Below, in pieces: positions 13,714 to 26,640 of a stretch of DNA of 64,000 bases (positions within the stretch are counted from its first letter, which is position 1; each line of letters starts with the position of its first letter). Both the position numbers and the translations under genes were made by a program. The DNA is from Eukaryota sp. GEM-RC1 (Eukaryota). The stretch covers positions 2,666,001-2,730,000 of the forward strand of contig JAUFOQ010000016.1 in NCBI GenBank assembly GCA_040285855.1, in the 5' to 3' direction. Under the pieces are notes generated by a model, which saw nothing but the letters and a program-made list of their open reading frames with translations, ran no database searches and was not told the origin of the DNA.

Positions 13714-15968
13714 ATGAAAACCAATTCCTTCACACTTCATATGGACTGCTTTGTCTGTTATCAGTCATTTAATCTATCTTCTCGTCTTCCTCTATTGATT
13801 TGTTGTGAAGAACACACTGCCTGTACTGAATGCTCTGCTTCTCTTAACAACTGTCCCATCTGTCGTACCAAATGTCTCACCGAGAAGAAAACCAATTTTG
13901 CTTTACAGGATCTCGTCCAAGCCTCTCGTAATGGCAATCTTTGTCCTCAAATTCCCTCCGATCACATACTTCTGGGAGCCAAGATCGCAAAGGAGGTTTT
14001 GCTGTCGTCTACGCATCACGTTATCCTTTCTCAATATGAGACTACATCAATTGTTGCTTCCATGATCTTCGTGGACGTTACTCTGTATATGAGACAACTT
14101 CTATTCTTGACTGAGAGCATCTCAGTTTTCTCTTGACATCTCTTCTTCTTCCCTGTCGCTGTAAAGATGGTTGAACTCACGGAAAAGGAAAACTCCAACT
14201 CCAAAAGGAAATGAATCTGCTCTACAACTTGAATCATCCTTCTATTATACGTGTCTATGGCATCTCCTTCTTCAATGAATCCATTGGTATCGTGATGGAA
14301 AGAGCTTCTTCTTCCCTCTCCTTCCCAAGTTCTCTGTCACCAGTAACACTTAGATACGTTAAAGAGCTTTGCCAGGGTGTCAAGTTTCTCCACCTGAAGT
14401 CTGTTGTACATGGTGACTTGAAACCAGGTAATATTCTTTTAGTGGATGGTCATGTTAAAGTTGCTGATTTTGGTACTTCCCAAACTGTTTCAGCTACTAC
14501 TAGAGTAACGAGCGCTAATGCTGTGACTTTCACATACGCAGCACCTGAACAATTTGATGATCCTCCTGGTCCTTTTAGTGACATTTATTCTCTTGGATTA
14601 GTTATTTATGAAATTTTGTCTGGAAAAGAAGCTTTTGAAGGGTATTCAACGAAGCAGATTTTTGGTGCGAAATTTCGAGACAAACCATTACCTTTTGATT
14701 CTTCAGTACCTGATTGTTTAAAGGATTTAATTTCAAAATGTTTGAATTCTGATCCCATGCTACGACCAACAATCAATGAAATCATTGAGGTTATTAAAAG
14801 TGTGATTGTTTCTGATTGTGATGATCAATCATTTTTTATTAACGACGGAAATCTTAAGGAGATCATTTCCCTTTTGAAGAGTGAAAAGAATAGTTTGAAG
14901 GTGAAAGTTTGTGATTTAGAAAGTAAATTTGAAAAATCCTGTCACGTTTCAAAAGGACTTCCTTTAATTACCCCATTGGTTATAAGTGATAACGATTTTA
15001 GTGGTCTAGCAGGTGATACTGACTATAAGAGTAATCCTGCAATCATTGAAGAAGTCCAAAGACTTCAAAGCGGAACTATTGACTTATCTGAAATCACTGG
15101 GCATAAGGTTTCTGCTATTTTAATTTCTAAGAATATGAATATACCAGAATCAAATTTCAAACAACTTTATAATCTGTTTGAAATATATATTTCATACCTA
15201 CTTCCACTCGGTGAAATTTTAAATTCTGATGCTTGTCAAGTCTTTATGTATTCCTTTATTGGTGCTGTTTTTATTCCCTTCAATTTCCCAAATAGTTGTT
15301 TTTCAAGAATTGGTATAAGTATGTATAGGTTTCATAGCTACATGTACTACTGTTTAACTTGCGGTCACACTCAAAGCGTTGGTGAAGATGGTAATCGTCC
15401 TGATGTTTGGAAATGGGTAGCTAATAATTGTCCAAAATGTTCTGCAGTCAATTGGGCACCAAAGAATTCTTCACCTGAAGTTCCTTTTAAACACTTTTCC
15501 TCCAATCCTCAATGGCAACCTGGACTACAACCTAGTCGTTACGATGTATTTACTAATGGAACTGTAGAACCTTGTATGAAGGGTTTATTCCGCTATTCAA
15601 ATCTAAGGTCTTGGTTACTTGGATCAAGTATCTCTTTGTACATGGTCTTAGCTCGTGCTTGTGTTAATAATGGTATTGGAGAACAGTATGCTAGACTGTA
15701 TGACGTTTATCATGGATTGGCTCAACTTCGTGATACATTAATTGAGTGTTTAAATGTTTTGGCCAACATTCTGCGTGTTACTAGACCTCAAGTTTCTTTA
15801 ATCCTTGCACACGTAATTCGAAAGATTTCTGATGAAATTCCAAATTTTGTATGTGCAACAATTGAGGAAAAGTTTGAAGCTGAAGCTCGTCTTATGACCA
15901 TTCTTGATTCAATTGAACTTGATCCACTTCCCAAGTCTGATGTGACTGCTATTACTTTGAGTTCTTGA
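13714..15968 (+). CDS. Chimeric RING finger - Ser/Thr (TKL-like) protein kinase - RNF213 E3/RZ-module protein
   Basis: RING: CFVC..LICCEEHTACTECS..CPIC. Kinase: (K)GGFAVVY after a 1-base shift at ~13990, VAVK, HGDLKPGN, DFG, APE, SDIYSLG. From ~14964 to the stop it is a close copy of gene A 1400-2425. An unexplained ~120-nt insert lies at ~14021-14140. Confidence 0.82.
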
Positions 15969-16331
15969 ACGGAAACTTCTTGTTGGAAATTATACTAGTA
16001 GTTTTCTTGTCCTTGAGGTATTTTTTGAGAACATTTACAAATCAACCTTCAACAATAATAATCTATTTGTCAATAACCTAATTGTATATTTGAAATCATT
16101 CAGTTCAACACACAAACCAAGGATCAGAAATAACATATTTATGTTTATTGTACACCAACAATATTTTCTGACACTATGAGAACTGGAACAATATGGTACA
16201 TGTGTAGTTACTGTGAATAATAAATATATATTGACAACATTTTGCTAATGGAATATGCTAGTACACACAACACGGAGCCTATTTGCAACAAAAATTTGGT
16301 ATACGTTACATTGACGTAAAATAAAATAGCG

Positions 16332-17153
16332 TACCGTAAAAAACGGTAACTGTTAAAATTCGGAAATTATTTACGGCAAATGTTTCCTTAGTGGATATAT
16401 AAAATTGTCTTTTTTCATGTCCCGAAAATCGAAACATCAAAGCATAATTGATCATCTTTATGAGAGTATTACAAGTGATGAGTTTTTATCGACATACCTT
16501 ACAAACTGTGAGCTGTTTCAAGTCTAAAACACGTCCAAAACACATTGTTTGGATTATTAGGAACAATGGTTTTTAGATATGGCTTTTGACCATAAGGGCT
16601 CCTTTATAATTTTTTAGAAATTTTATTGTAACATCTTCATATAGTTCATTATGCAAATACATGACGTAATTTCATGAACAAAATGTAAGTTTTATCCTCT
16701 ATTTTGTCATGAATTGAATCAGTTCAGTACTAATTGAACCGACATCAGTTTCCTTAGTACTTACAAGTACAGAATTGAGTAAGTCGGACACGTATTGTCG
16801 ACACGAAGAAGCTGGGTTACCATCATGGTTCTGAAGAATCAAGGGATCTACCACTGACAAGACTTCCCCAAAACCGTATTCTTTTGACAATCGTCATTGT
16901 TTGAAGTGAAGATCTTTTCCGTTTTCCGCTGTACAAGTTAAAATTCTCCAAATTGTTCAAACGGTTCTGCGTACAGACCATCCAGAACGATGTCATGACT
17001 CCGATTCTGATTAGTCAGTTCATGGTTTTTCTTTATCCGTTCTTAGTTCTGTAGTTTTACTTGTAAAACTATTTTTCCGTATTTCGCGTAGCCACTTTTT
17101 AAACTTGCCGTTAAATACGGCAACTGTAAAAATAGGAAACCAATTTACGGCAA
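16332..17153. repeat. Two copies of a ~48-bp quasi-palindromic motif (T(A/G)CCGT..ACGG..AACTGT..GGAAA..TTTACGGCAA), probably subterminal repeats of a decayed DNA transposon
   Basis: 16332-16379 and 17105-17153 align in direct orientation; each has TTGCCGT/ACGGCAA-type inverted ends. Confidence 0.4.
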
Positions 17154-18473
17154 TCTTCAAAATTGTTACAACAATATAGCTGGGTTCATCCACAATATAT
17201 ATATACTGTTATAATGCGGCGCATAGTATGTCTATCTCAGCCAGTGATGGTAGTAAGTTCTTCATGCAATCCAATCTACTGTAAATCAATTGTTTTGATT
17301 TACATTTTAGATGTCGTCATTGTAGCACATGTTTTGCGATGTACAGCTCCTCCAATCGCTCTGAATTTTTGTAGAACTTTTAACGAGTTGAGGATTAATT
17401 TTTTTGTATCAATATTAAAAGTTGATTCAACGTTAGGTAGAAGTTACTTGTTTACTTCTGCCCATTTTGGTGGTATTGTTTTTATCAAATCGTCAATTTT
17501 ATGCAAATCTTCATTTTTAGGTGAAAAAGTTTCATTATTGAATTTGTTAATCGATTTCTTTATGATATTTGACCTACTAACCCCAATTCGTCTAAATATT
17601 TATTGAACTTAAACTAAGCGTTGATTAAATTACCGTTTGACGTTTGGTCTCAATGTTTCCAAGAATCTGTGTCTGAAAAAGCTGAAAAATCTTTGACTAA
17701 TCTTCAGTTCTGTCTCAAAAAATTACAACAGAAAAAACAAATATTATTGAAAGGATGGATTATAGTGTTCGACTTGGCTTTGTCAAGGAAAAAAATTCCG
17801 TTTTTGCAAATTGTTTAATGAATGTTTCTGATGGCTCTGCTTCATTTCTGATTACTTATACTCCTCAAGTTTCCAGTATTTTTCTTGGTCATTAAACATG
17901 CGTTTACGGTCATGTATTTGGCCTGATAATTCTCCATATAATTTGAAATGCCAAAGTGGGCAATCTGTAATGCTAAAAACCATCTGTGCATTGGTGAATT
18001 TTTTTTGCCGTAGTGTCATTCACGTGTGTACAGCCTTTTACTCAACACTGAAATCCTTTTAAGAACATTTGAAGGGCCCCAAAAAGCAAGTTCCCAATTC
18101 AAGTAGAATAAAGTGATTTTATTACTTGCATTGTATTAAAGTTGATTGAGATACCTAGTTAGGATGTACAGTCAATTACAAGAGAAAATTGTTATGCCAC
18201 CTTACAATCTCATTATACAAAGTCAATTCTCAGAAAACAATGTTAGTAATGTTGTTCAAATTCTGATGGTTTCTGCTGATGTGCAGAAATATATGTGTGT
18301 GTGTTAACCGGACCCATACGAACCGTAGAGGTTTCTGATGAATATAACATTCTCATGTAATTAAACACGGAAAACATGTTACATGCACCTTAAATGGTGT
18401 AGCCGGTGTTGAGCATATCAAACTTGTCAGAACTGCGGAATGAATTTCAATCTCTTGTTCTTCTCTTGATCAG

Positions 18474-21400
18474 ATGATGATATCGTTTCCAATTTCTCCC
18501 CTCAAAACACAGATAGCTTCCGCTTTGTTGAAAGACTTACAGATCGATAATAATTCCCCCCGTGAAATTTTAGTTGCAAAGATTGCTTCTACGGCTTTAT
18601 TCCATCATTTCTACACCATCTATGTTAATTCCTGTTCCGATTTCCTGCTTGAGCATCCTGCCACTCTGCTTAGTGATGACAAAGACGTCAAAGATTCTTT
18701 TGAAGAAGATCAAGATGATAATGTCCCTTCTGGACTTGATCCTGTAGCGGCTGCTGCTACAATTTCTCAACAAATTCTACAATTCATTGCCCAACTTCTT
18801 GAGCCTGATGTCAAGGCTTCTCATTTGGAGTCTATTTATAGTAGTTTTAAAGAAGGAGAAATGTCTAATGAAATTGAAATTCTTTCTCTCCTTGATTCCT
18901 CTGGAAAACTTCAGAAAGACGTACTTTTTAATATCAAATCATGGGTCAATCGTCACGTGTGGGATCCAATCATTGCATGTTTCAAGAATATTTCCGGAAT
19001 ATTTAGTGTCATCACAGTTTCAGCATCCATTGTTGATAGAAGATATGCTTTTGATGTGGAACTCTCTTCAGAATCTCTATTATCTGATTTTGGATCTTAC
19101 TCCAAGAAGTTCAGCTCAATGGTTGATTGCAGTCATTGCAATCGTACGTCACCGCCACTCTATTTACAAATCTTCCAACTTCTTAACACTGCGGATGACT
19201 TACTTCGAATTCTGAACAAATACTCAGCGTTCACACCGGAAGAACTCTCCTCAAAGCTTTATGATAACTTTGCCACCTCTTTTGCTCTTAGTAGCTCTGT
19301 TGCTCAGTTTTTCATTAGTATGTTGGATGATCCCAAATCTCTATGGAATTCGGTATTAAAGCCAATGTTTGATGATGGAAATGTTAACATGCGTCAGTTA
19401 TTAAGAAATCTTCATGACTGGATGGAAAAGATTGCCACTCTCATGATCGTGTCGCAGCAGATGTTAAATCAATCAATCAATTAAAGAGCGCAATCAAGGC
19501 GATTGATGAGTTGTTGGTCAGTGATGGTGATCAATCTGCATTGATTAATATCATTTCTAAGTGTAATTTCCAAGAAGGTATTTTACATTTCAATCTTGAA
19601 ACCATTACTGTCAGACTACAACTTCCTACTGGAGAAGATAGTACAATTGATGTCCCAGAAGAGGAGTTTCATAGAGCCAGAGCTGAAGGACTTATTTTAC
19701 AAGCAGATTCCATTGAGAACAACGACAAACAAGTTGATCGAAAGTCTGGAGTTGATGATGAAAAAAGAGATGAATTTTTAAATACGTGCCAGTTAGTTGA
19801 TGAAACTCTTTTCATTTTGAGACAATTAGTAGATTGTGGTTTTCCCATCAAATCTAATGACGATGAACTTATTGTTATGATTGAAGAACATAACTCTGGT
19901 ATTAAACAACAAGTCGAGACTTTACGAGAATTACGTGATACTTGGATGACTCTCTTGGAACAAGCTCAAAATGGCTGGTTTAGAGGCATGCATCCGAAAG
20001 AAATTTCCTATTTTTTCTTGAATCGTCAAGTGTCTGATATAGTGAAATTTTTTCATCTGTCGGGTTTGGACTGTAATTCAATCCAATCACGCAAAAATGT
20101 TCAATCAGGAATTGATGCTTGTCCCTCTGTTAGTGACACACTGCAGGAAGTTCTGAATTTTAGGGAACCATCATCTGTTGAAACCAAAGACCGATCAATC
20201 ACGTACTTTCAATCAGATTCTCTATCAAATCTCTTTAGTGATGCGTTGAAAGTAGCAGTGCACAGAGAGATTGAATTAAACATTCGAAATGTTTTAATTT
20301 GTAATTGGGAAACTTCTTTCAGTTCTTTAGTTGCTGTTATGTTTGACTCATTAACATCTGAACGATTAATTATTGGTTTTGATCAATTGAGATTTTCTGT
20401 TAGGGAACAGTTCTATACCTACATGAAGGATAAGAACGAGGAAAATTTTAAAATTTCTTTAGTTGGGTGTGGTACTGATTTCCTTGACAACACCTACTCT
20501 GTACTTGGTACCCTTCCTTCGAAAGTTGACTTGTCTGCAGTGTTAGAAAGCTGTACTGTAGGTGCAATTTACACGTCAGCAGTACCTGGTCAAGGAAAAA
20601 CTACAAGATGTTTGAGAGAATGCGTTCCTGAAGGTTTGATTGAAACTCATACAAAAACATTTAATGTTTCGGGAAAAGTTAATATTTCTGAGTTTATTGA
20701 AAAATATCTTCGTGATGATAAGATTGATTGGACAAATCCTAATATTCATTTAGACATTCGAGAGCCTTTGGATGTTTTAAAAGAACGTTCACTCGAGAAC
20801 ACTGGACAACGTCATCCAATTTGACTTCCCAAGACTTCTACAATACTGCTTACATTTTGTTTTCATTGTCCTTTCTCTCAGGTCTTCGTCACAATGGTTC
20901 TATTTTTAGACTTGAGGAAAAGATGTATATCGAATTTGCATCGTACAATTCCAAAGCCAGTTTAACTCCATTTAATTGGTATAATACTCTTATTGATTCT
21001 TTATATCCAAACAAAAATGGTCTTGTCCATGAACTTACTTTTGATTTTTCCCATGTTAAATTCACTTCTGAAGAAATGAAAGCACACGTCGCTACAATTA
21101 ATCGTTTTCTTTCCACTCTTCTCAATTCTTCTTTTCATTAGAACCTCTTTTCACTAATACTTTTGCAGATCTACCTCCTCCTCATCAAAGTAAATGGTCA
21201 TTTAGACTACTTACAGATATTGTTTCTTTACTGGGATCACAATTGAACTATTTTGATCAAGCTGTTGCCTTTTCTCCTGAGATTATGACTCTAAATGGGT
21301 ATAGTGACAGTCAAATTGATGACATTCGCCGTGGTGGTATTGACCTAATATTTGGTTTTTCCCGTCAAGCAGTTCTCATGTCAGTACCTACGATCAGTGC

Positions 21401-24400
21401 TCCTAATAGAGATGAAGTTGTGGTTAATTGGAATGATATGAATCATGTTATGTTCATAGTAACTCGTGATTCAATAACATCTACAATTCCAAGAGGAAGT
21501 ACCGTTCCAAATGCTCTCAAGTCCTATATCAGCTTGTATGAGTCATTTCGAGATTCTCCTGCAATTCCATCCTCTGATGAAGGTAAAATTTCAAAAATTA
21601 GATCTTTTACATATAACAGCTCTGTTCCACCTATATTATGGAAACAAAGTTTCGGAAGCTACGCCCTTACCGGTGATGCGTTCCTTAAACAATCCTTAAT
21701 TGCTCTTAGATTTTCTGCTAATTTGCCTACCATTCTTCGAGGTGCTAGTGGTGTTGGAAAAACTCATTTACTTGAATGTTTAAGTTTTGTTTTATTTTGG
21801 AATGAATCTGCTGAAAATCCTAATTTATGGGAAGAATTGTTTGTTAATGTTACTGTAAATGCTGGTACAGAACTACACGAAGTAGAAGATACTATTAAAA
21901 GGGTCAACGATCTCGCCATACTACTTCCTCCTGAAAGTCCTCTCTTTCCAATTCTATTTTTAGATGAATGTAATGCTTCTGATTTCTTAGGACTCATGTC
22001 TTGTTTAATTACCAGCAGAAAGCTTGGAACTCTAACTTTACATCCAAAAGTCCGTTTAGTAGCTGCTATCAATCCTTATCAAAAAGGTAATGATGATAAG
22101 CTTTTGTATAATGTCCATCCAGAACCTTCATGTTTAATCCCTCTTATGATGGACTTTGGTAAGTTGTCTGAAAAGGAAGAAGAAGAATATGTCGTTAAAA
22201 TAGCTGAACGATCCGATTTAGTTTCGAGTTGTTCCACTACTGAAATCACTACGTTAGCTAAGACATTGTGTCGTATCCATAAGTGCTTGAACAATAGATC
22301 TGCAGCTTCAAATGTTCCTTGGATGATCTCTCTTCGAGATGCAGTTAGGGCAACCAGAATTTTAAAATTTTTAATCGAATTTAAGAACAATCTTGCTCCT
22401 GAATTCATGTTTTTCTCTGAAAGAACCTTTTCTCATCTACTTCTGCTTACTGTTTACGTTTGTTACATCCTTAGATTACCAACCAAGAATGACCAGAACA
22501 GTCTTCTAAAAGTAATTTGCTATGAACTACGTACTTCACTTACTGTTGCTAGACAACAAATCAATACCACTTTGTCTCAGTTCGTAGACTTGGGAACTCT
22601 TCCTGAAGGTGTTCGTAAAACTACCTACTTTTTGGAAAATACTTTTGCAATGTTTCTTGCCTTAATTTCAAGAACTCCAATTATGGTTATTGGTGCTCCA
22701 GGAACTTCAAAGTCTCTTTCACTTACTGTTTTACTTACTTTTCTATCCAAAGTTAATACTGCTGAGTCCGGTTTTCATCGTGTTTTCCCTCATCATTTCC
22801 AAGGAAGTCACGCGGCAACTACTAAATCAGTAATGACTGTGGTAGATAGAGTCAAGAAAAGTGCAATAGCTGATACTAACGTTCGTCAAGCTTTAATTAT
22901 GGATAATTGTTCTTTACTTTTAGATGCCCCTGCAAACCCCTTAAAATGTTTACATTCTGTCCTAGAACCTCGTGAAGAAAAAGTACCTGTGTTTGCTTTT
23001 ATTGGAATCTTTAATTCAGACTTTGATGCCGCTCCTTCTAGTCGTGCTATCGTCATCCATCATCAGGAGCCCTCTGATGCTGAACTTACTGCTTTACTGA
23101 AGGAAATTGGCCAGCACAGGGGTACCAAAATTCCTGAACTTTTGACCAAGATTCATAAGCTTATGAATTATCAAGCTAATAAGATCTACCCTTGTCATGG
23201 TAATCAATTCTACGGTATGAGAGATGCTTACCAGCTATCGAAATGGTTGAATATTGGAAGTGGTTTTATTCAAAGGGATCGTCGTCTTGGTTTCCTCAGA
23301 GCTTATGGAGGATTACCTTTGAAGAATGATGCTATCTTTGAGGTTGTCTCCACAATATTTGCTCCAGAGAAGAAAAAGAGGGTGAGGAATGAATCTGGTA
23401 CTGAAGATATCGATCTTTTCTTTGATAAACCACTCCCCCGATCCTTCCGATCACAACTTGACAAGGAATTACTTATAGCATGTTCACGATCTCTCCGAGA
23501 TCCGTCTCCTGATTCAAGACATATTCTCTTCATTGGGTCACTCCAACACTCTTTGTATATTGTTGACAGGTCACGGCAAGATGTGGTCGTGGTTCAAGGA
23601 TCTAGGTTTAAAAAGGATGCTTATAATGACGTGTCCTACAATCATCTATCAAAAGTGATTACTGCTGTAAAGTTAGGGAAAGTGATTGTTCTCTCTGGTA
23701 CTGAACACATTATTGGAGCCTTGTTTGATTTAATCAATAAGAATTACCTTAGAAAAGATGCCATCACTGGTGATGCTCTGTGTAGAGTCGCTTTAGGCCC
23801 TGTTTCTAACTCTTTGTGTCACGTTAATGAAAAAACTAAAATTATTTTGGTAGTTTCAGAGGAAAATTTAAAATCCACACCTCCAGCTCTCTTGAACAGA
23901 ATGGAAAAGTTTGTTCTTTCAGATCTTGTCGATGTGAAGGAATCAACTGCTGATATTGAACGTCTGTTTGATAATTTGGGTGTTTTAAAATCTCTGCCAA
24001 AATGTTCAATTACTGATTCCCAAATTCGTCAGAACTTCCTATCTGAGTTGCAACTTGTTGATACCCTTCGTCTTGAACGTCTTCATTTTCTTGCAAATCC
24101 TGCCCATGTTATTTTATCTGACAATCACTCCCATGACGGTCCTTTTCTTACTCTTACCCATGCCCTTGACCACCTTTCTAGTCTTGCCGTACTTCAACGT
24201 CCACTTAAAGTCGTAGCTCTGTCTAAAGTGTTTGGACAATCATTTGACTCATTAACTGGATATGCTTCAGTTAAAATTGCCAATATTTCTAGTGTTTCTG
24301 AATCTAGTGATTTGGAGAGTTTGTTGAAAAATACTGGTATTGAAATAATTCAAAAATTACTTGACGAAGAAGCTTCAAAAACGGCTAAATCTTTGTTGGT

Positions 24401-25456
24401 CATTAGAATTGAAGGTGATGAGGCACAACATTATGATTTCATTGAAAAATTCAGTATTTCAGATGCATTGAAAAAGTACTTCAGTAAACACGCAGATCCC
24501 CGAGTATTTTTAAAATATCTCTCAAATTTCGATATTGTCATCGCCATGATTAATGGTGAAGGTCTTCAGATATCCTCACTGTCCTCTTTCATTGCAGTCT
24601 ATTGTGACTCAATTAACTTTGTTTCAATAGTTGGTGATTCTGTTTCCAATATTTCTCAATTATTAAATTTTTCAGTTTCTGATATTCCACGAGATCAATT
24701 ATTACCGCTGTATGGCTCACTCCTAGTTCCTGCCCTAATGAAGCTACCTCTTCCTCCTGTCAAAATCCGACCTTGCTATCAAATGATTACATCTTTAGGA
24801 GATGCTTTTGTCGACTTTTTCCACGAGGTTCTTCCTATTCTTCAAGAATCTGACAGAATTCCAGCTTCTCCAAGTACTCGGTTCAATGTTTCTACTAATG
24901 AAAATAAGTGTTTGTTCGAACAACTTGAAGTATTTGTTAAAGAACAATTACTTGTTCAATTACAGGGGTTTTTTCTGTATTAATTGATTGGAATTTGATG
25001 ATTCCTTTTGATACTGATTTAATGCCTAGTAATTCTTACCTTCACTGTGTTTCTTGGCTTCTTTCTTCGACGAAACTTCCTCACTGGAATTTAGCATCCA
25101 ATTCCTTTGAAATTTCAAATTTTGGTGAGTTACATTTCATTTACTTTATTTGTGCTTTAATTGAATATCATCGTGATAACAACCCTGAACTTGATCTCTT
25201 TTTGGAATTTATTGAAGATATGTCAGATCACGAGGTTTTGCTTCATAATTATACCTGCAAAGTTGATGAAAATGATATCACCTCAATTGTTCGACCAATA
25301 TTTGAATATTTTCAAATTTCAGATTACCTTGTCGATTCTTTCGTTCAAAATGCTTCTGACTGTTTCTCAATCGTTGATCTCTTTTCGGAGCTTTACATTT
25401 TCTTGACAAAGCAACAACTTTATCACCAAAGTAAAATGTTAGTTAATGTTAACTGA
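18474..25456 (+). CDS. RNF213-like paralogue B, truncated at both ends (distal stalk + AAA core + start of E3 back; no CBM20, no RZ finger)
   Basis: ORFs 18474-19484, 19511-20824, 20821-21141, 21243-24983 and 24995-25456 align collinearly with A 10227->3323. All four joins are -1 homopolymer deletions (~19427, ~20780, ~21133, ~24966). Homology stops at LYHQS (~25430), next to a hAT remnant. Could be a functional gene or a pseudogene. Confidence 0.8.
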
Positions 25457-25463
25457 CATCTCC

Positions 25464-26640
25464 TTAGTCATTGTGATCCCGAACTTGGAGATTCTGATGG
25501 AAATAAGGATCAAAGAGTTCCATGCCATCATCATCTTCGTTATCATCTTCGTCAACATTCTCTTCAGCTTGAACTTGTCTCACATGAACGTTGTCTTCTT
25601 CTTCTTCGTTTTCTTCCGTCTTTTCATGCATTTCCGCAATATCTTCCGCCATCCATTGTGGGAGGTCATCACATCACATGTAATCAAAAGCTTCTTCCGG
25701 AGTTTAAGATTACAATAGACAAAAACGAGAAACTTTAGCATCACTGTACCCATTCTATTTCTGCATTCTATTTCTGCAGAAATTGAATCCTTCATTGAAC
25801 CTTTGCTGAGATCTCTTGACATCAATCAACATCGCAAAAAGATAATTCTTATGGGCAAAGACGTGCTGACTTGATTATACCTTCATCTTCTGAATCTCTG
25901 ACAGTTATCGATGTTGTTTCAGTGGATGTGTGCAAAAAAAGTTGTAACAAGTTTGTTACAAAGGAAATCTCACCTTTAGACATTGCTGAAAATAACAAGC
26001 AAAGTAAGTGTGATGATCCTTTGAAAGACCTGAAACACATTGTCCATGTTGAATATTCACTTGTCCCATTTTCGATTTCCATATATGGTAGATTAGGCAA
26101 ATTGGCCTTGAAGTTCCTTGATGAATTTGCAAAGGTTGTAGCTCGTAGAACTAACAAAATATTTGATCGTTCTTTTGGCAGAACCGAATTGTCTTTACGA
26201 TTCTAAAGGCAGTTCCCACAATGATTTCAGAAGCTTTGTTATCCCTAAGGGTGTTTTATGAAGACAAAGCTTCAACAAGGTTCGATTCGAAGGAATCTTG
26301 TTTTGATGACATTGAGTAGTAGATCATCTTTTTTTTATTTTCGAATAAATGTACGATATTTAAAAAAAACATTTCTGCTTTTGTTCATAATGCTGGCCAA
26401 TTTCTTTCAATAGAAGATGCAGATGAAATTTGTCCCAACAACTGCGATGCTACTGTTTTTAATGGACTATCAGTTCCATGTAGCTTCCACCACTCATAGG
26501 CTGGTTGCTTCTGCGCTTTTTCCCAGATAAATGAATTATCATAATAAGGAACATTTTGAATATCGAGTATCTTGATCAGAAAAATGATTAAATCAGCAAA
26601 TGGCTTGAACAAATCAGAAATTTGGCCTATTTTGTCACAA
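25464..26640 (-). mobile_element. hAT transposase remnant (dimerisation domain + acidic tail), split by a non-LTR insertion
   Basis: YEWWKLHGTDSPLKTVASQLLGQISSASSIERNW (26385-26612) continues past the insertion as RNRMGTVMLKFLVFVYCNLKLRKK, followed by an E/D-rich tail. Confidence 0.78.
25778..26370 (+). mobile_element. 5'-truncated non-LTR retrotransposon, RLE (CRE/R2-like) endonuclease 3' end
   Basis: IESFIEPLL..RRADLIIP..IDV..AENNKQSKC..VPFSISIYGRLG; AATAAA and an A8 tail; TSD ATTTCTGC at 25770-25777 and 26371-26378. Confidence 0.8.
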
